A DNA stretch of 25,287 nt, taken from contig JAWAHS010000011.1 of the NCBI GenBank assembly GCA_038889075.1, positions 1 to 25,287 of the forward strand, read 5' to 3'. The position numbers and the translations under genes were made by a program. How positions within the stretch are numbered: the first letter of the stretch is position 1; every line of letters begins with the position of its first letter. This document shows positions 1 through 9,716 of this stretch, in pieces. Origin of the DNA: Ignisphaera sp. GTDB taxonomy: Archaea > Thermoproteota > Thermoprotei_A > Sulfolobales > Ignisphaeraceae. The notes beneath the pieces are model-generated. The model searched no databases. It was not told the DNA's origin and saw only the letters and a list, made by a program, of their open reading frames with translations.

Positions 1-2
1 TG

Positions 3-410
3 TCTAGTAAGGGTCTCGAAAATCGGCTCGTAGAGTACGTTAAGTCCTTAATGACTAAGATCATAACTCCGAGCTTCGATTCGGTGGGTGGCACGGTTAA
101 GACCTACATCCGCAAGGCTGTTCGAACGGGTGCTTGGAGGAGCCTCAAACCCGAGTCGCGCGCACTCCTACTTGCACTACGTAGCTGGAAGAGGAGCGTG
201 AAGTCACTAGTTCTTCGGTCTATACTCTCGAGGATATTCGTTGAGATAGAGCTACACACTACTAGAGGGAAGGCGATATTCTACGGAATACTAGAAGCCA
301 TGAGGGAGGCGAGAGAAGTACTTTCAGACCTCTCGGGGAACCTCTCTAAGATAATCGTTATGGGAATACAGTACATGAACCTACCACTACTCTACAGAAT
401 ACACGGATAG
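3..410 (+). CDS. Hypothetical basic protein, probably 5'-truncated by the window edge
   Basis: The ORF track starts at 51, but the frame is open back to position 3 (SSKGLENRLVEYVKSL-MTK...) and bases 1-2 are TG, so the true start is probably at or before the window edge. No family recognised. Confidence 0.7.
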   Translation, partial: SSKGLENRLVEYVKSLMTKIITPSFDSVGGTVKTYIRKAVRTGAWRSLKPESRALLLALRSWKRSVKSLVLRSILSRIFVEIELHTTRGKAIFYGILEAMREAREVLSDLSGNLSKIIVMGIQYMNLPLLYRIHG

Positions 411-451
411 CTAGCCAGCTGCGCGTCAGGGACGTGTAAGATTGCAGGACT

Positions 452-1561
452 ATGCTTAATGCGCTAGAGGTACTCGGACTCGCACTAGCACTAGTACACT
501 TCACGGTCCCACTGGCGTACTATGCGTACGCTAAGCTAAGGTGGCTTAAAAGACCGTGGGACCTCAGTATAGACGAGAACTACAAGCCCAAGGTCACTGT
601 CATCATACCTACGTACAATGAGTCTAAACTCATAGAGAAGAAGCTAGACAACATCTACGAGCAGGACTACCCGAAAGAGCTTATGGAGATAGTAGTGGTG
701 GACTCGGCTAGCACGGACGGAACTCCGAGGCTAGTCGAGGAGTGGGCTTCTAGACACAAGGATGTTGAGCTCAAGCTAGTTGTCGAGAGCGAGAGGAGGG
801 GTAAGGCGTTTGCGTTAAACAACGCCCTGAGGTACGCAAGCGGTGAGGTAGTAGTGATAGCCGATGCCGACGCGCTGTGGCCTAGAGATGCTCTAACCAA
901 GGCAGTTAAGTGGCTATCGAACCCTTTAGTTGGAGCTGTCTCATGCCTGAAGAAGCCGCTGAGTTCAAGCACAACCAGTATCGAGGTAGGCTATAGACAG
1001 TACTACAACGTCTTGAGAGTTGCTGAGAGCAAAGCCTACTCCACACCGATATTCCACGGGGAGCTAGCAGCCTTCAGGAAAGACCTGCTGGAGAAAGTAG
1101 GAGGGTTTCCCACAGATATAGGAGCGGACGATAGCCACACGGCCACCAAGATAGCTCTAATGGGCTTTAGAGCGATAGTACCCGACGATCTGTGGGTAGA
1201 TGAGATGGTTCCAAAGGAAAAGTACTTCTCGTGGAGAGTTAGAAGAGCCCAGCATCTAATACAGCACTTCGCGAGAACCCTCAAGAACGTTAAACAAACG
1301 CCCGAAGAATTCAAAAAGATACTACTCGCAGAGTCCTTTCTACACATACTAAACCCGCTTCTATTACTCGCATCGGTAGCGATGCTAATCGTAGGTGCTT
1401 TAGCAGTCTCACTCTTAACTCTTGCAGTTCTAGCCGTTGGGATAGGATTGTTTGTAGTGAAACCTTACAAGACATGGGTTTTCTTACAGCTCTCCCTAGT
1501 GATGGCTACTTTAAGGAACCTGAAATCCAAGGAGATGGTCTGGAGCAAGCAAATCAAGTAG
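452..1561 (+). CDS. Family 2 glycosyltransferase with N- and C-terminal membrane helices
   Basis: VTVIIPTYNE, VVDSASTDGT, GKAFALN, DAD (DxD), GADD and RRAQ-type motifs; hydrophobic termini. Confidence 0.93.
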   Translation: MLNALEVLGLALALVHFTVPLAYYAYAKLRWLKRPWDLSIDENYKPKVTVIIPTYNESKLIEKKLDNIYEQDYPKELMEIVVVDSASTDGTPRLVEEWASRHKDVELKLVVESERRGKAFALNNALRYASGEVVVIADADALWPRDALTKAVKWLSNPLVGAVSCLKKPLSSSTTSIEVGYRQYYNVLRVAESKAYSTPIFHGELAAFRKDLLEKVGGFPTDIGADDSHTATKIALMGFRAIVPDDLWVDEMVPKEKYFSWRVRRAQHLIQHFARTLKNVKQTPEEFKKILLAESFLHILNPLLLLASVAMLIVGALAVSLLTLAVLAVGIGLFVVKPYKTWVFLQLSLVMATLRNLKSKEMVWSKQIK

Positions 1562-1565
1562 GGAT

Positions 1566-2046
1566 ATGAGGCTACTCTACATAGCTCCCCGCTACCATCC
1601 CTACATCGGAGGTGTAGAGCACGCCGTTAAGTCTGTAGCTGAGAGGCTCGCTAGGAGGGGACAGGAGGTCGCAGTACTCTGCGGTGAACCCGGCATCGAT
1701 AGCTCTAGAGAAGAATGGATCAACAACGTCTGCGTGGCTAGATGGCCCCTACGGGCTCCTGGAGATACTAACCACTTCCTGAGGATGAGAGGGGCCCTCG
1801 AGCGCTGGCTTCTGGATGTAGCTAAGAAGAGCGATGCAGTGTACTTCCACAGCATTCACAAAGTATTCTCTAAGTATCTTGAGGAACAGTAGTGTACGTG
1901 AGGTCTGGATGCCTTATTATTATGGTATAAATCACATGTTATCTGAGAGAGCTATTATCGAGTATTTTGAGGAGTATTTGATAAGAGCATTTTCAATGAC
2001 ATTAGCGTTGAGCAAGAGGTTTTCAACGTTGGAAGCGGTGTGTTGA
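1566..2046 (+). pseudogene. Family 4 glycosyltransferase, frameshifted and truncated
   Basis: The N-terminus MRLLYIAPRYHPYIGGVEHAVKSVAERLARRGQEV is typical GT4. It stops at 1892, and a degenerate continuation lies in the 1834..2046 frame (VWMPYYYG resembles the usual TPHYHG). No C-terminal nucleotide-sugar domain follows. Confidence 0.8.
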
Positions 2047-2415
2047 AGATATCTAAACTCACAATAACTGTGAAGACTCAATTGCTTAAGAGACTTTCTA
2101 ATCTCAGTGGAAGTTTAGAGAGTTATAAAATAATGAATACTTTTCGTAAAAACATCCATGTCACAGAAATATCTTTATACTCTTAATCACATACGCACTT
2201 GCATGAAAATGATTTTAAACCAGACCATATTGAAGGTATTTTCTCAGATATTACCAATACCGATAAGTAATTTTATGAGCATTAACGTTTCCCGAATATG
2301 ACAGAATCGCGTTTCTGAATAAGAATATCGCAACAAATCGAATATCGATAATGAAGTCAAAAGAAATTCTTATAACCAAGGCTATAGATAAAAATGAGAG
2401 GCTGAGGAAGCACCT

Positions 2416-3108
2416 ATGCCTAAAGTTACTGTAATCTCTATAGCAAAGCATGAGGCTGAATTCGAGAGATTGAAGAAAGCCTTAGAGATGCAGACTTTTA
2501 AGGATTTCGAATTTATCACGTCGACTAAGGGCTCAATACCCGAGGCTTGGAACGATGCTCTCTCAAGGGCTAAAGGCGAAATTATAGTTTTTATAGAGTC
2601 CGACGCTTTTCCGCTCAATGAGCATTGGCTTGAAGAAATCGTTGCTAACTTCCGAAAGGGCGCGGTACTGAAGGGCTTAGAGATCAACCCGACCAGCTTA
2701 AATCTTTGCAACCTAGTATGTGATGCAGAAATCTTCAAAAAGGTGAGATTTGATGAAAGTTTCAAATGTGCTGAAGACACGGAGCTATTCGCAAGGCTTA
2801 GAAAGATGGGGGTTGAAGTCGGCTTTGTAAACGCGTTTCCAGTGGTACACGTCCCATCACGCACGTGGAGGAAAACGCTTTCCAGAAGCTTCAGGAATGG
2901 TATGTACTTCATGAAGATTATATATATGCATGGCAAAGAAAACATAGATAACATAAACACACAAAACTTCAAAAGCAACTACATACACCCTATAAGTAAC
3001 AGGCTAAGAATAATAGTGGAAAATATTCTTGTACTACTGGGTCTGTTGATCGGAGCGGTCATCTATCTTCCGATTCTGATTAAGCGTAGATCAAAGAAAG
3101 ATACTTGA
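2416..3108 (+). CDS. Family 2 glycosyltransferase (short, one C-terminal TM)
   Basis: AWNDALSRAKGEIIVFIESDA, FDESFKCAEDTEL motifs; C-terminal hydrophobic helix. Confidence 0.88.
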   Translation: MPKVTVISIAKHEAEFERLKKALEMQTFKDFEFITSTKGSIPEAWNDALSRAKGEIIVFIESDAFPLNEHWLEEIVANFRKGAVLKGLEINPTSLNLCNLVCDAEIFKKVRFDESFKCAEDTELFARLRKMGVEVGFVNAFPVVHVPSRTWRKTLSRSFRNGMYFMKIIYMHGKENIDNINTQNFKSNYIHPISNRLRIIVENILVLLGLLIGAVIYLPILIKRRSKKDT

Positions 3109-3109
3109 T

Positions 3110-4027
3110 ATGGTCTACTCTGATTCTTACTATAATTCACCTATAATTGACAAATTGCTTTATAGTTACTTCACACGTATTCCGAGAGAGTTTGCGATAA
3201 GAGTCGCAAAGCACAATAAGGTACTCTATCAGCTTGGAAAGCTTTTCCCAGAAATACAAAAAAGTGATGAGTGGATCGAAATCTCCAAAAGACGTCATGC
3301 CCAAGTCGAAGAGCTCATAAAGTTTAATGAGATTGCTAACGAGGTAGGGTTAAAATATGCCGTTGTTAAGACATTTAGGTTTCCGGGGTATGTTCCTGAC
3401 GATATAGATATCTTAGTACATCCTGACTCACGACACTTGATCTGTGATTTCATCTCTTTACTCATTGAAAGATACGGATACTTCTTTAGAAGTAGAGGTA
3501 CTACTGAAATGACCATTCGGAAAAAATTATGTGGAACGTATGTAGATTTTGATATCCACACTAATTTAGCAGCTGGACCCTACATTTACTTAGATGCACG
3601 ATTTGTTTTCGAAAATCTTATCACAATAAAATTGAGACAAGAAAACATACCTACGGTACAGCAAAAACTTGAATTTGTCATTTGTGCGGCACATTCTATT
3701 ATGAAGGAGTTTGAATTAACATTAGCAGATGTGCTGACTTTTCTTTATCTTTACTCGCCCACGAATGAAACTGAAATTCTAGGGACAGCAAAACAAGTAG
3801 GCTTAACGAATGCTGTGAGCAGTTTCTGTAGGCTCTCTCAAATTATAGCCAAGAACTTGTCGCGGGGCAGAACAACAAATCTACCTTATAGGATTCCAAT
3901 ATACTTCATTCTGCATGCATACGTCGAAAACGTATCGTATAGAGCGAAGTTCTATGGCTTTAAACCCATTAAGGATCTGCTATTTTTCCCCAGTGCTAGA
4001 GGTATAAAGAAGTTAATCAAAATATAA
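3110..4027 (+). CDS. Nucleotidyltransferase-fold protein (NTP_transf_5-like)
   Basis: YAVVKTFRFPGYVPDDIDILV carries the DxD pair, VDFDIH supplies a third acidic residue, and AAHSIMKE is a helical motif of this group. Starts 1 nt after the GT2 stop. Confidence 0.75.
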   Translation: MVYSDSYYNSPIIDKLLYSYFTRIPREFAIRVAKHNKVLYQLGKLFPEIQKSDEWIEISKRRHAQVEELIKFNEIANEVGLKYAVVKTFRFPGYVPDDIDILVHPDSRHLICDFISLLIERYGYFFRSRGTTEMTIRKKLCGTYVDFDIHTNLAAGPYIYLDARFVFENLITIKLRQENIPTVQQKLEFVICAAHSIMKEFELTLADVLTFLYLYSPTNETEILGTAKQVGLTNAVSSFCRLSQIIAKNLSRGRTTNLPYRIPIYFILHAYVENVSYRAKFYGFKPIKDLLFFPSARGIKKLIKI

Positions 4028-4068
4028 AAGGTTCCGGACCCCATGCGCCAGCATAAGTTAAGAGTCAA

Positions 4069-4734
4069 ATGCGGGTCCATTATATGCATAATATGTATAG
4101 ACTGATATACTTTTTCGGTCCGGACGGAACTGGAAAAACTACTCATGCAGATCTCATAGCCGCTCGTCTGAGATCGATGGGATTTAAAGTTTGGCGAACA
4201 GGTGTTAAACATCATCACACCATTGCATACTTAATATTGAAGTTAATGGAGAGAGCCGGTTATGATATACGAATGATCAATTATTATGGGTTTTATAAAG
4301 AACTGGCTAACAAAATAAACCTTATCTGGAAGTTTATCGAGATTATTAGTTTTTTCATAGCATGGATTTATCGCATATATTTACCTTATCTTTTAGGTTA
4401 TATAGTGGTATGTGATCGTTATGTTTTGGATACTCTTGTTACACTTTCATATTTTTTAAAGGAGCCGAAGTTTATTACGAGCGAATTTGCAAGGTTGTTA
4501 ATCAAACTTATACCGAAGAACAGTCTTTTATTTTACTTAGAGGCAGATACTCAGAGCATCATGCTCAGAAAATTAGACGAGCCTCTCACATTGGAACTAA
4601 TTGAGTATTACAAACGAATGTACGCTCTCCTAATAAAGATTTATGGAATAAAAGCTAACAATATCAACACCGAAAGTGAAACTATTCAAAGTGTTCATGA
4701 GAAAATCGCGGGTCTTTTAGGTATTTCTGGTTGA
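4069..4734 (+). CDS. Thymidylate-kinase-like P-loop kinase (paralog 1)
   Basis: Walker A GPDGTGKTT, IVVCDRY, FYLEAD and lid RK. The real start may be ATG 4093. Confidence 0.85.
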   Translation: MRVHYMHNMYRLIYFFGPDGTGKTTHADLIAARLRSMGFKVWRTGVKHHHTIAYLILKLMERAGYDIRMINYYGFYKELANKINLIWKFIEIISFFIAWIYRIYLPYLLGYIVVCDRYVLDTLVTLSYFLKEPKFITSEFARLLIKLIPKNSLLFYLEADTQSIMLRKLDEPLTLELIEYYKRMYALLIKIYGIKANNINTESETIQSVHEKIAGLLGISG

Positions 4735-4972
4735 ATAATTTCAATATGAATGAAATTCATCATGTTGAGCTAAATTCTTTAAAACCTGTGGTCTATGCAA
4801 TATGGATGAGGAATATGATAGATTGTTCTTTTGAAAATGTTACTAAGTTAGATCCATGAATGCGATGATTGCATTAAGAGTACTTATTGAATCATAGTGG
4901 TATCTTAATGGATAACTGTCTTTCGGTTGACGCCGCGGGCTTTCCGCCTCTTTTAGCCTTTACAATAAATTC

Positions 4973-6181
4973 ATGTCTATGAAAATCATTATATTCTCTG
5001 AACTCCTTTATCCACATGGCGGAGGTGCAGAGCTGGCTACATGGCTTTACGCAAAACTTCTAGCTGAGAAAGGTTTCGATCTCTCTATAGTAACCAGCAA
5101 ATTTCCAAATGAAAAATCCTTCGAGATAATAAATGAACGAATAAGGGTTTATAGATTTCCCCATAAAGTTCTGCTTGGAACGAGATATTATGGAATAGCT
5201 AACATTGGAATTTTAATGGGGAACCTCATAACCAAATTGATTAAGAGAAGCGATGTTGTATACATTCCAGGCGGATGGTACTCAGCAATATTACTTGCGA
5301 AAACTTTCCGAAAACCTGTAGTACTGCATTTGCACAACTATTTTCTAGTGTGTCCTTTATCCTTAATGTACGATCTTGCAAAACAGAAAGTTGATTCTAG
5401 TTCGCTTAGATCATTTATGATTCATGAGTGCTTTGAAAAGAAACGAAATGTAACATCCGTTATAGTATCAAGCTTTGTACACGAATTTTTCGGAAGATAC
5501 TATAGTAGGCTCGGAAGAATGGCTGATGCTTTGATCTTCGTGAGTAAGGTCCAAAGAGATATAGTTTTGTCTAAAATCCCTAAATTGAGAGACAGGAGTT
5601 ACGTCATATATAACCCGCTTCCCGATGTTCCTCTTATCGAGGCTGAACGTAAAGGTATAGGGTATTTTGGCGGAAAACGCTTCGTGAAAGGCTTTCATGT
5701 TCTGATGTGCTCGTTAAAAATGCTTAAAACAAATTGCGAAGTTTACTTAGCGAATACGTCTGAGAAGCCTAAAAAGCTGAATATGCCTAATGGAGTTTTA
5801 GTAAATCTATTGCCTAAACTTGATAAGAAAAGCATCGAAAACCATTTGAAAAAGATCTCCATTGTGGCAGTTCCATCATTATGTCCCGAGCCTCTACCTT
5901 ATACGTTGGTTGAGTCTATGCTATCCGGTAAGCTAGTGGTTGCGTCAAATATTGGTGGAATACTTGAGGTTGTAGACAGGAACACGAATGGAGTAAAGTT
6001 AGTAAAACCGGGAGACTGCACCGAAATCGCAGAAGCATTAGACTATTATTTGTCTCTGAATCTTGAAGAGGCCAATGAAATAGGTGTTAAAAACAGAGAA
6101 TTTATTCTGAAAAGAATAAATAACGAAGCGATTATAAAAGAGTTTACGAGAGTTCTAGATTTTGTTGTCAACTTGATTTAA
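4973..6181 (+). CDS. Family 4 glycosyltransferase
   Basis: GGGAE, HLHNYFLVCP, FVSK, KG and PSLCPEPLPYTLVESMLSGKLVVASNIGGILE (EX7E). Confidence 0.95.
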   Translation: MSMKIIIFSELLYPHGGGAELATWLYAKLLAEKGFDLSIVTSKFPNEKSFEIINERIRVYRFPHKVLLGTRYYGIANIGILMGNLITKLIKRSDVVYIPGGWYSAILLAKTFRKPVVLHLHNYFLVCPLSLMYDLAKQKVDSSSLRSFMIHECFEKKRNVTSVIVSSFVHEFFGRYYSRLGRMADALIFVSKVQRDIVLSKIPKLRDRSYVIYNPLPDVPLIEAERKGIGYFGGKRFVKGFHVLMCSLKMLKTNCEVYLANTSEKPKKLNMPNGVLVNLLPKLDKKSIENHLKKISIVAVPSLCPEPLPYTLVESMLSGKLVVASNIGGILEVVDRNTNGVKLVKPGDCTEIAEALDYYLSLNLEEANEIGVKNREFILKRINNEAIIKEFTRVLDFVVNLI

Positions 6182-6393
6182 TTCAAATTAATTCAAAATA
6201 AACCTTTCGCTATGATTATGTTAAAATGACTCATTATCGTTGCGGTCATGCTGTTAAGGAAGTGATCAGCTCTACATACGACGAGGCTCTGTATGAGAGA
6301 AGGGATCAGCAATGTTCAAAAGGGAATGTAAAACTAAATAAAAACACGATATGTAGTAACTTAATAATATGGAATGAGAGGTATGGATGACGC

Positions 6394-8034
6394 GTGATGA
6401 AGCATTATAAAATTATTTCTATGGGTCGAAGGGTCGTATACAGGACCTTTTTGGTATTTTCGTTTCTCATTTTATTTATACCTAGTATAATATTATCGCT
6501 TGACGAATATATTGATCCCTTTGCGTTTCATACCGTCGGACTGGCTCAGATTTACTATAGAGAAGGAAGATATTTCCCAAATCCAATAATTGTGGGATCT
6601 GGATGGCAATCAACCGCAAACGATATTTCGATTAGGTTTGTCCCAACTTTACTTCTTTTGGTTTTAAGTAAAATTACTGGGATATCTTTATGGCATTTAC
6701 TTTTTTTACCTACGATCGGCATCATTTTTCCGTTGTTCGCATACTTAATATGCAAAAATCTTCGGTTACCAGTAACAATAGCGATTCTTTATGCGATTGT
6801 TACAAGTTATAACCTCTTTATGGTTAATGCGTATTATATTTCAGTAGGCATGTTCTTTTTTTTGGTTTTTATATACACTTCATTAAAATCTATAGAACAT
6901 CGACGATCAATAAAAGGCATTGATGTAAGCTTACTAATATTAATTTTCATCGCTGCATATTTTTCTTATTATACGTCAGAGTTTCTCATGCTAGGTTATA
7001 CCCTTAGCATTACGTTATTAGTGTGGGTTTGCGAAAAGTTTGGTGTAAAGAACCTCAAAGTAAAATACTTCTCATTGTTTTTGATTTTTCTAATTGTTTT
7101 TACAGGATTTGACAACATATTTTACTGGTATCTCGAGAGTATGAACGTTGAGAGGGCGTCGCATCTATTTAATTCTTACATCAACTACGTTTTACGTCTT
7201 TTGAAGAGTGGAGAGGAGGCCATTTTTGAATATAGGCCGCAAATAGGAAATCCCTTGCTTGTTTATATCGAATTCATTCAGCAAATACTCGTTTGGGCAG
7301 CGATCGGAGTATATTTAATATTTACTATTATCACTAAAATCAAAGATGTTAGAAAAATACCGACGGCACTATCCATTGAAGGACTAATCTTAATAGCACT
7401 CTTTTTGACAGGTATCATGGAAACATTAATATACCTTTCGGTCGGTTATGGTGTATATACTCGAACACTATCAATATTTTCATCATTGGGAGCTCTATAC
7501 TCCCTAGATAAACTAAGTGCAATTTTTCGTACGCAAAGAAAGAAGATTCTCAAAATAGTTTTTGTGGCGGTTGCGATATCAATTGCTTTAGCTAGTATTG
7601 CGAAATTTGCTATGCGGGTAGGTGATCCTGTAAACCCAAATGGGGCAAAATTGCATAGTAAAATGAACGTAACTATCTCGTGGGCACTTTCTTATGCTAC
7701 ACATAAAACGGTTATTGCAGACTTAAGAACCATTGGACAAACATTTTTCGAATTAACAAAGGGAGAGAAAATAAACTCCATAGTCTTACATAGATTGGGT
7801 CCAGAAGTGCGCTATTTGTACTCTTTTAGTAATGAAGGAATTAATATGTTATTTGGAAGGAAAGACGCTCTATTAGTATTATCTTATGAGTTTAGAGAGA
7901 GAGCATTTATCGCTGGAGAAGCCTGGAGATTCTCGCCACCACTTAGGGAAGCCTTCTTATTTTTAAATAATCATGAACAAGTAAACAGAGTTTTTGATGA
8001 TGGACGAGGCTTGATATATGAGTATAATAGGTAA
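6394..8034 (+). CDS. Multi-pass membrane protein (about 11-13 TMs) with a C-terminal soluble domain; GT-C/polymerase-like candidate
   Basis: Many long hydrophobic segments, an acidic DEYIDPFAFH loop after TM1 and a C-terminal NRVFDDG. The function is inferred from context. Confidence 0.75.
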   Translation: MMKHYKIISMGRRVVYRTFLVFSFLILFIPSIILSLDEYIDPFAFHTVGLAQIYYREGRYFPNPIIVGSGWQSTANDISIRFVPTLLLLVLSKITGISLWHLLFLPTIGIIFPLFAYLICKNLRLPVTIAILYAIVTSYNLFMVNAYYISVGMFFFLVFIYTSLKSIEHRRSIKGIDVSLLILIFIAAYFSYYTSEFLMLGYTLSITLLVWVCEKFGVKNLKVKYFSLFLIFLIVFTGFDNIFYWYLESMNVERASHLFNSYINYVLRLLKSGEEAIFEYRPQIGNPLLVYIEFIQQILVWAAIGVYLIFTIITKIKDVRKIPTALSIEGLILIALFLTGIMETLIYLSVGYGVYTRTLSIFSSLGALYSLDKLSAIFRTQRKKILKIVFVAVAISIALASIAKFAMRVGDPVNPNGAKLHSKMNVTISWALSYATHKTVIADLRTIGQTFFELTKGEKINSIVLHRLGPEVRYLYSFSNEGINMLFGRKDALLVLSYEFRERAFIAGEAWRFSPPLREAFLFLNNHEQVNRVFDDGRGLIYEYNR

Positions 8035-8716
8035 CAGACCAGGTTTAGTGATACTTGTAGGAACTGTTGGTTCTGGTAAGTCAACTCACTTAAGACTTCT
8101 AAATTCGGAATTGAAAAAGAATAGATTGAGGGTTAGAATGATTTGTCTAAAGACAGGCCACATGTTTGCCTTCATTTTAGAAGTTTTTCTAGCTAAAATA
8201 CTTATGAGTAACCGAAAGGGTGTTTATCCAATCAGGATACTGATCGATGAAAAGCCATTAGTATTTAAGAGAATCTTTAAATTGTGGATCCTCTTAGATT
8301 TAATAAGTATTACTGTAAAGTTTCTTGTAAGTATCTACTTACCCATGAAGTTAGGCTATACTCTATTGGTTGAAGAGTATATTCCAGCAACGATTTCCGA
8401 TTACATATACATAAGCAGAATCTTGCGATTCCCTTTAAAAATGAATTCCTTAATTATCAGATACTTGTTGAAATTAATGAATCTATGTACTCCCGTGCAA
8501 ACGGTCTTTTTGGATGCTGAAAACAATGAATTGTACCTTCGTTATAAACTCAGAGGAAGTCCCAATGAAACAGAGGACTACCTTAGAATGCAGCGCACAG
8601 TACTTTACCATATCGCAAAAACTCTTTCGAGTAACTTCCTATACATAAATACGAGTTCAAGAACTCCTAGTGAGGTTCATAGGCTAATAATGAATCATAT
8701 TTTTAATATAAAATAG
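8018..8716 (+). CDS. Thymidylate-kinase-like P-loop kinase (paralog 2)
   Basis: Walker A GTVGSGKST; LLVEEY at the DRY position; VFLDA; YINTS...EVH ending as in paralog 1. Overlaps the upstream gene by 17 nt. Confidence 0.82.
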   Translation: MSIIGNRPGLVILVGTVGSGKSTHLRLLNSELKKNRLRVRMICLKTGHMFAFILEVFLAKILMSNRKGVYPIRILIDEKPLVFKRIFKLWILLDLISITVKFLVSIYLPMKLGYTLLVEEYIPATISDYIYISRILRFPLKMNSLIIRYLLKLMNLCTPVQTVFLDAENNELYLRYKLRGSPNETEDYLRMQRTVLYHIAKTLSSNFLYINTSSRTPSEVHRLIMNHIFNIK

Positions 8717-9716
8717 TTTTGATAAACCCTATGAAATAATGCCAACCTTAACTATAATGCCGTCTTCTTCGAGTACAAACTGATTACTAGAAAATTTTTA
8801 TTCTGACTTCGCATTTAGTGGCTCAAGAGTATTTCTGATGCAACACCATAATACATTAACCTTTACAGGGTTGATTATCTCGTGGGTATGGATACATAAG
8901 CTGAGGAAGTCTTAAAAGTTAAAAGATTAATCTTGCATGACGAACTTTATGTAACAGAAATTTGAAGCTTCATCTTTAGTATAAGTTTTGACACAGTAGT
9001 GGCCATAAAAATACCTACGGTCTTCATTTCAGTGCGCTATTGAGAACATTGTTGAAGACATTGTCGAAGAACAAGGTTCAGTGATCATATCTTTGTCATT
9101 GCTTTCACGGGGTATTAGCGTCGAAGACCTTCATAAGCTAGGATATTATGTTTACAGATGTTTACTCTGAGCTTTCTGTCTTAATTAATTTGGAATACTA
9201 CAATGTCTTAGTAGCTATGGCTATAAGTCTTCTTTAGACTAGCAGTAGCTTGAAGTTCGTTGCCAACCTCCTTACCAAAACCTTCCTCAACGTGTCTATC
9301 CTTAATAGTTGCCGTCCTTTAGTCTTGTTCTGAGCTTTTCTTCAGCGTATCTTTTTATTTCCTGATCCTTCTTTGGTTTAAATGTTGCTTTTATGTTTGA
9401 GAGGATCTCTCGTTGTGTAGTTTATTGACTCCTTTCTGCTGAGGCTATTCGCAACCTTATTGATTAGTTCTTCGAATTGGACTACGTATAACTCCGTGTC
9501 GTCTTCCTTGCTCCTCTTCATTGTCACAGCCCCACCGTAACTAATACTGTTGTCCCCCATATATGTCTTGATAGTCTGTATCCAGCTGGCTATAGATAGG
9601 CTGAACTAGTGCTTGGTCTCGGCAGATTTGGGCTGTTTGACATACTTCTATGCGAAGTTTAACTTCGTCTAGTATTCGCACTGGTTTTCTCTCGAGAGGC
9701 GAGAATGTTGATGCTG

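Noticed and set aside
667-1855. Antisense ORFs 667-972, 1036-1347 and 1601-1855, and similar shadow ORFs throughout the window
   Set aside because: They lie opposite or within well-supported genes and have no recognisable motifs.
4036-4078. Imperfect inverted repeat GGACCCCAT / ATGCGGGTCC covering ATG 4069
   Set aside because: Only 9 bp with a bulge and a long loop, and the real start may be 4093; could be chance.
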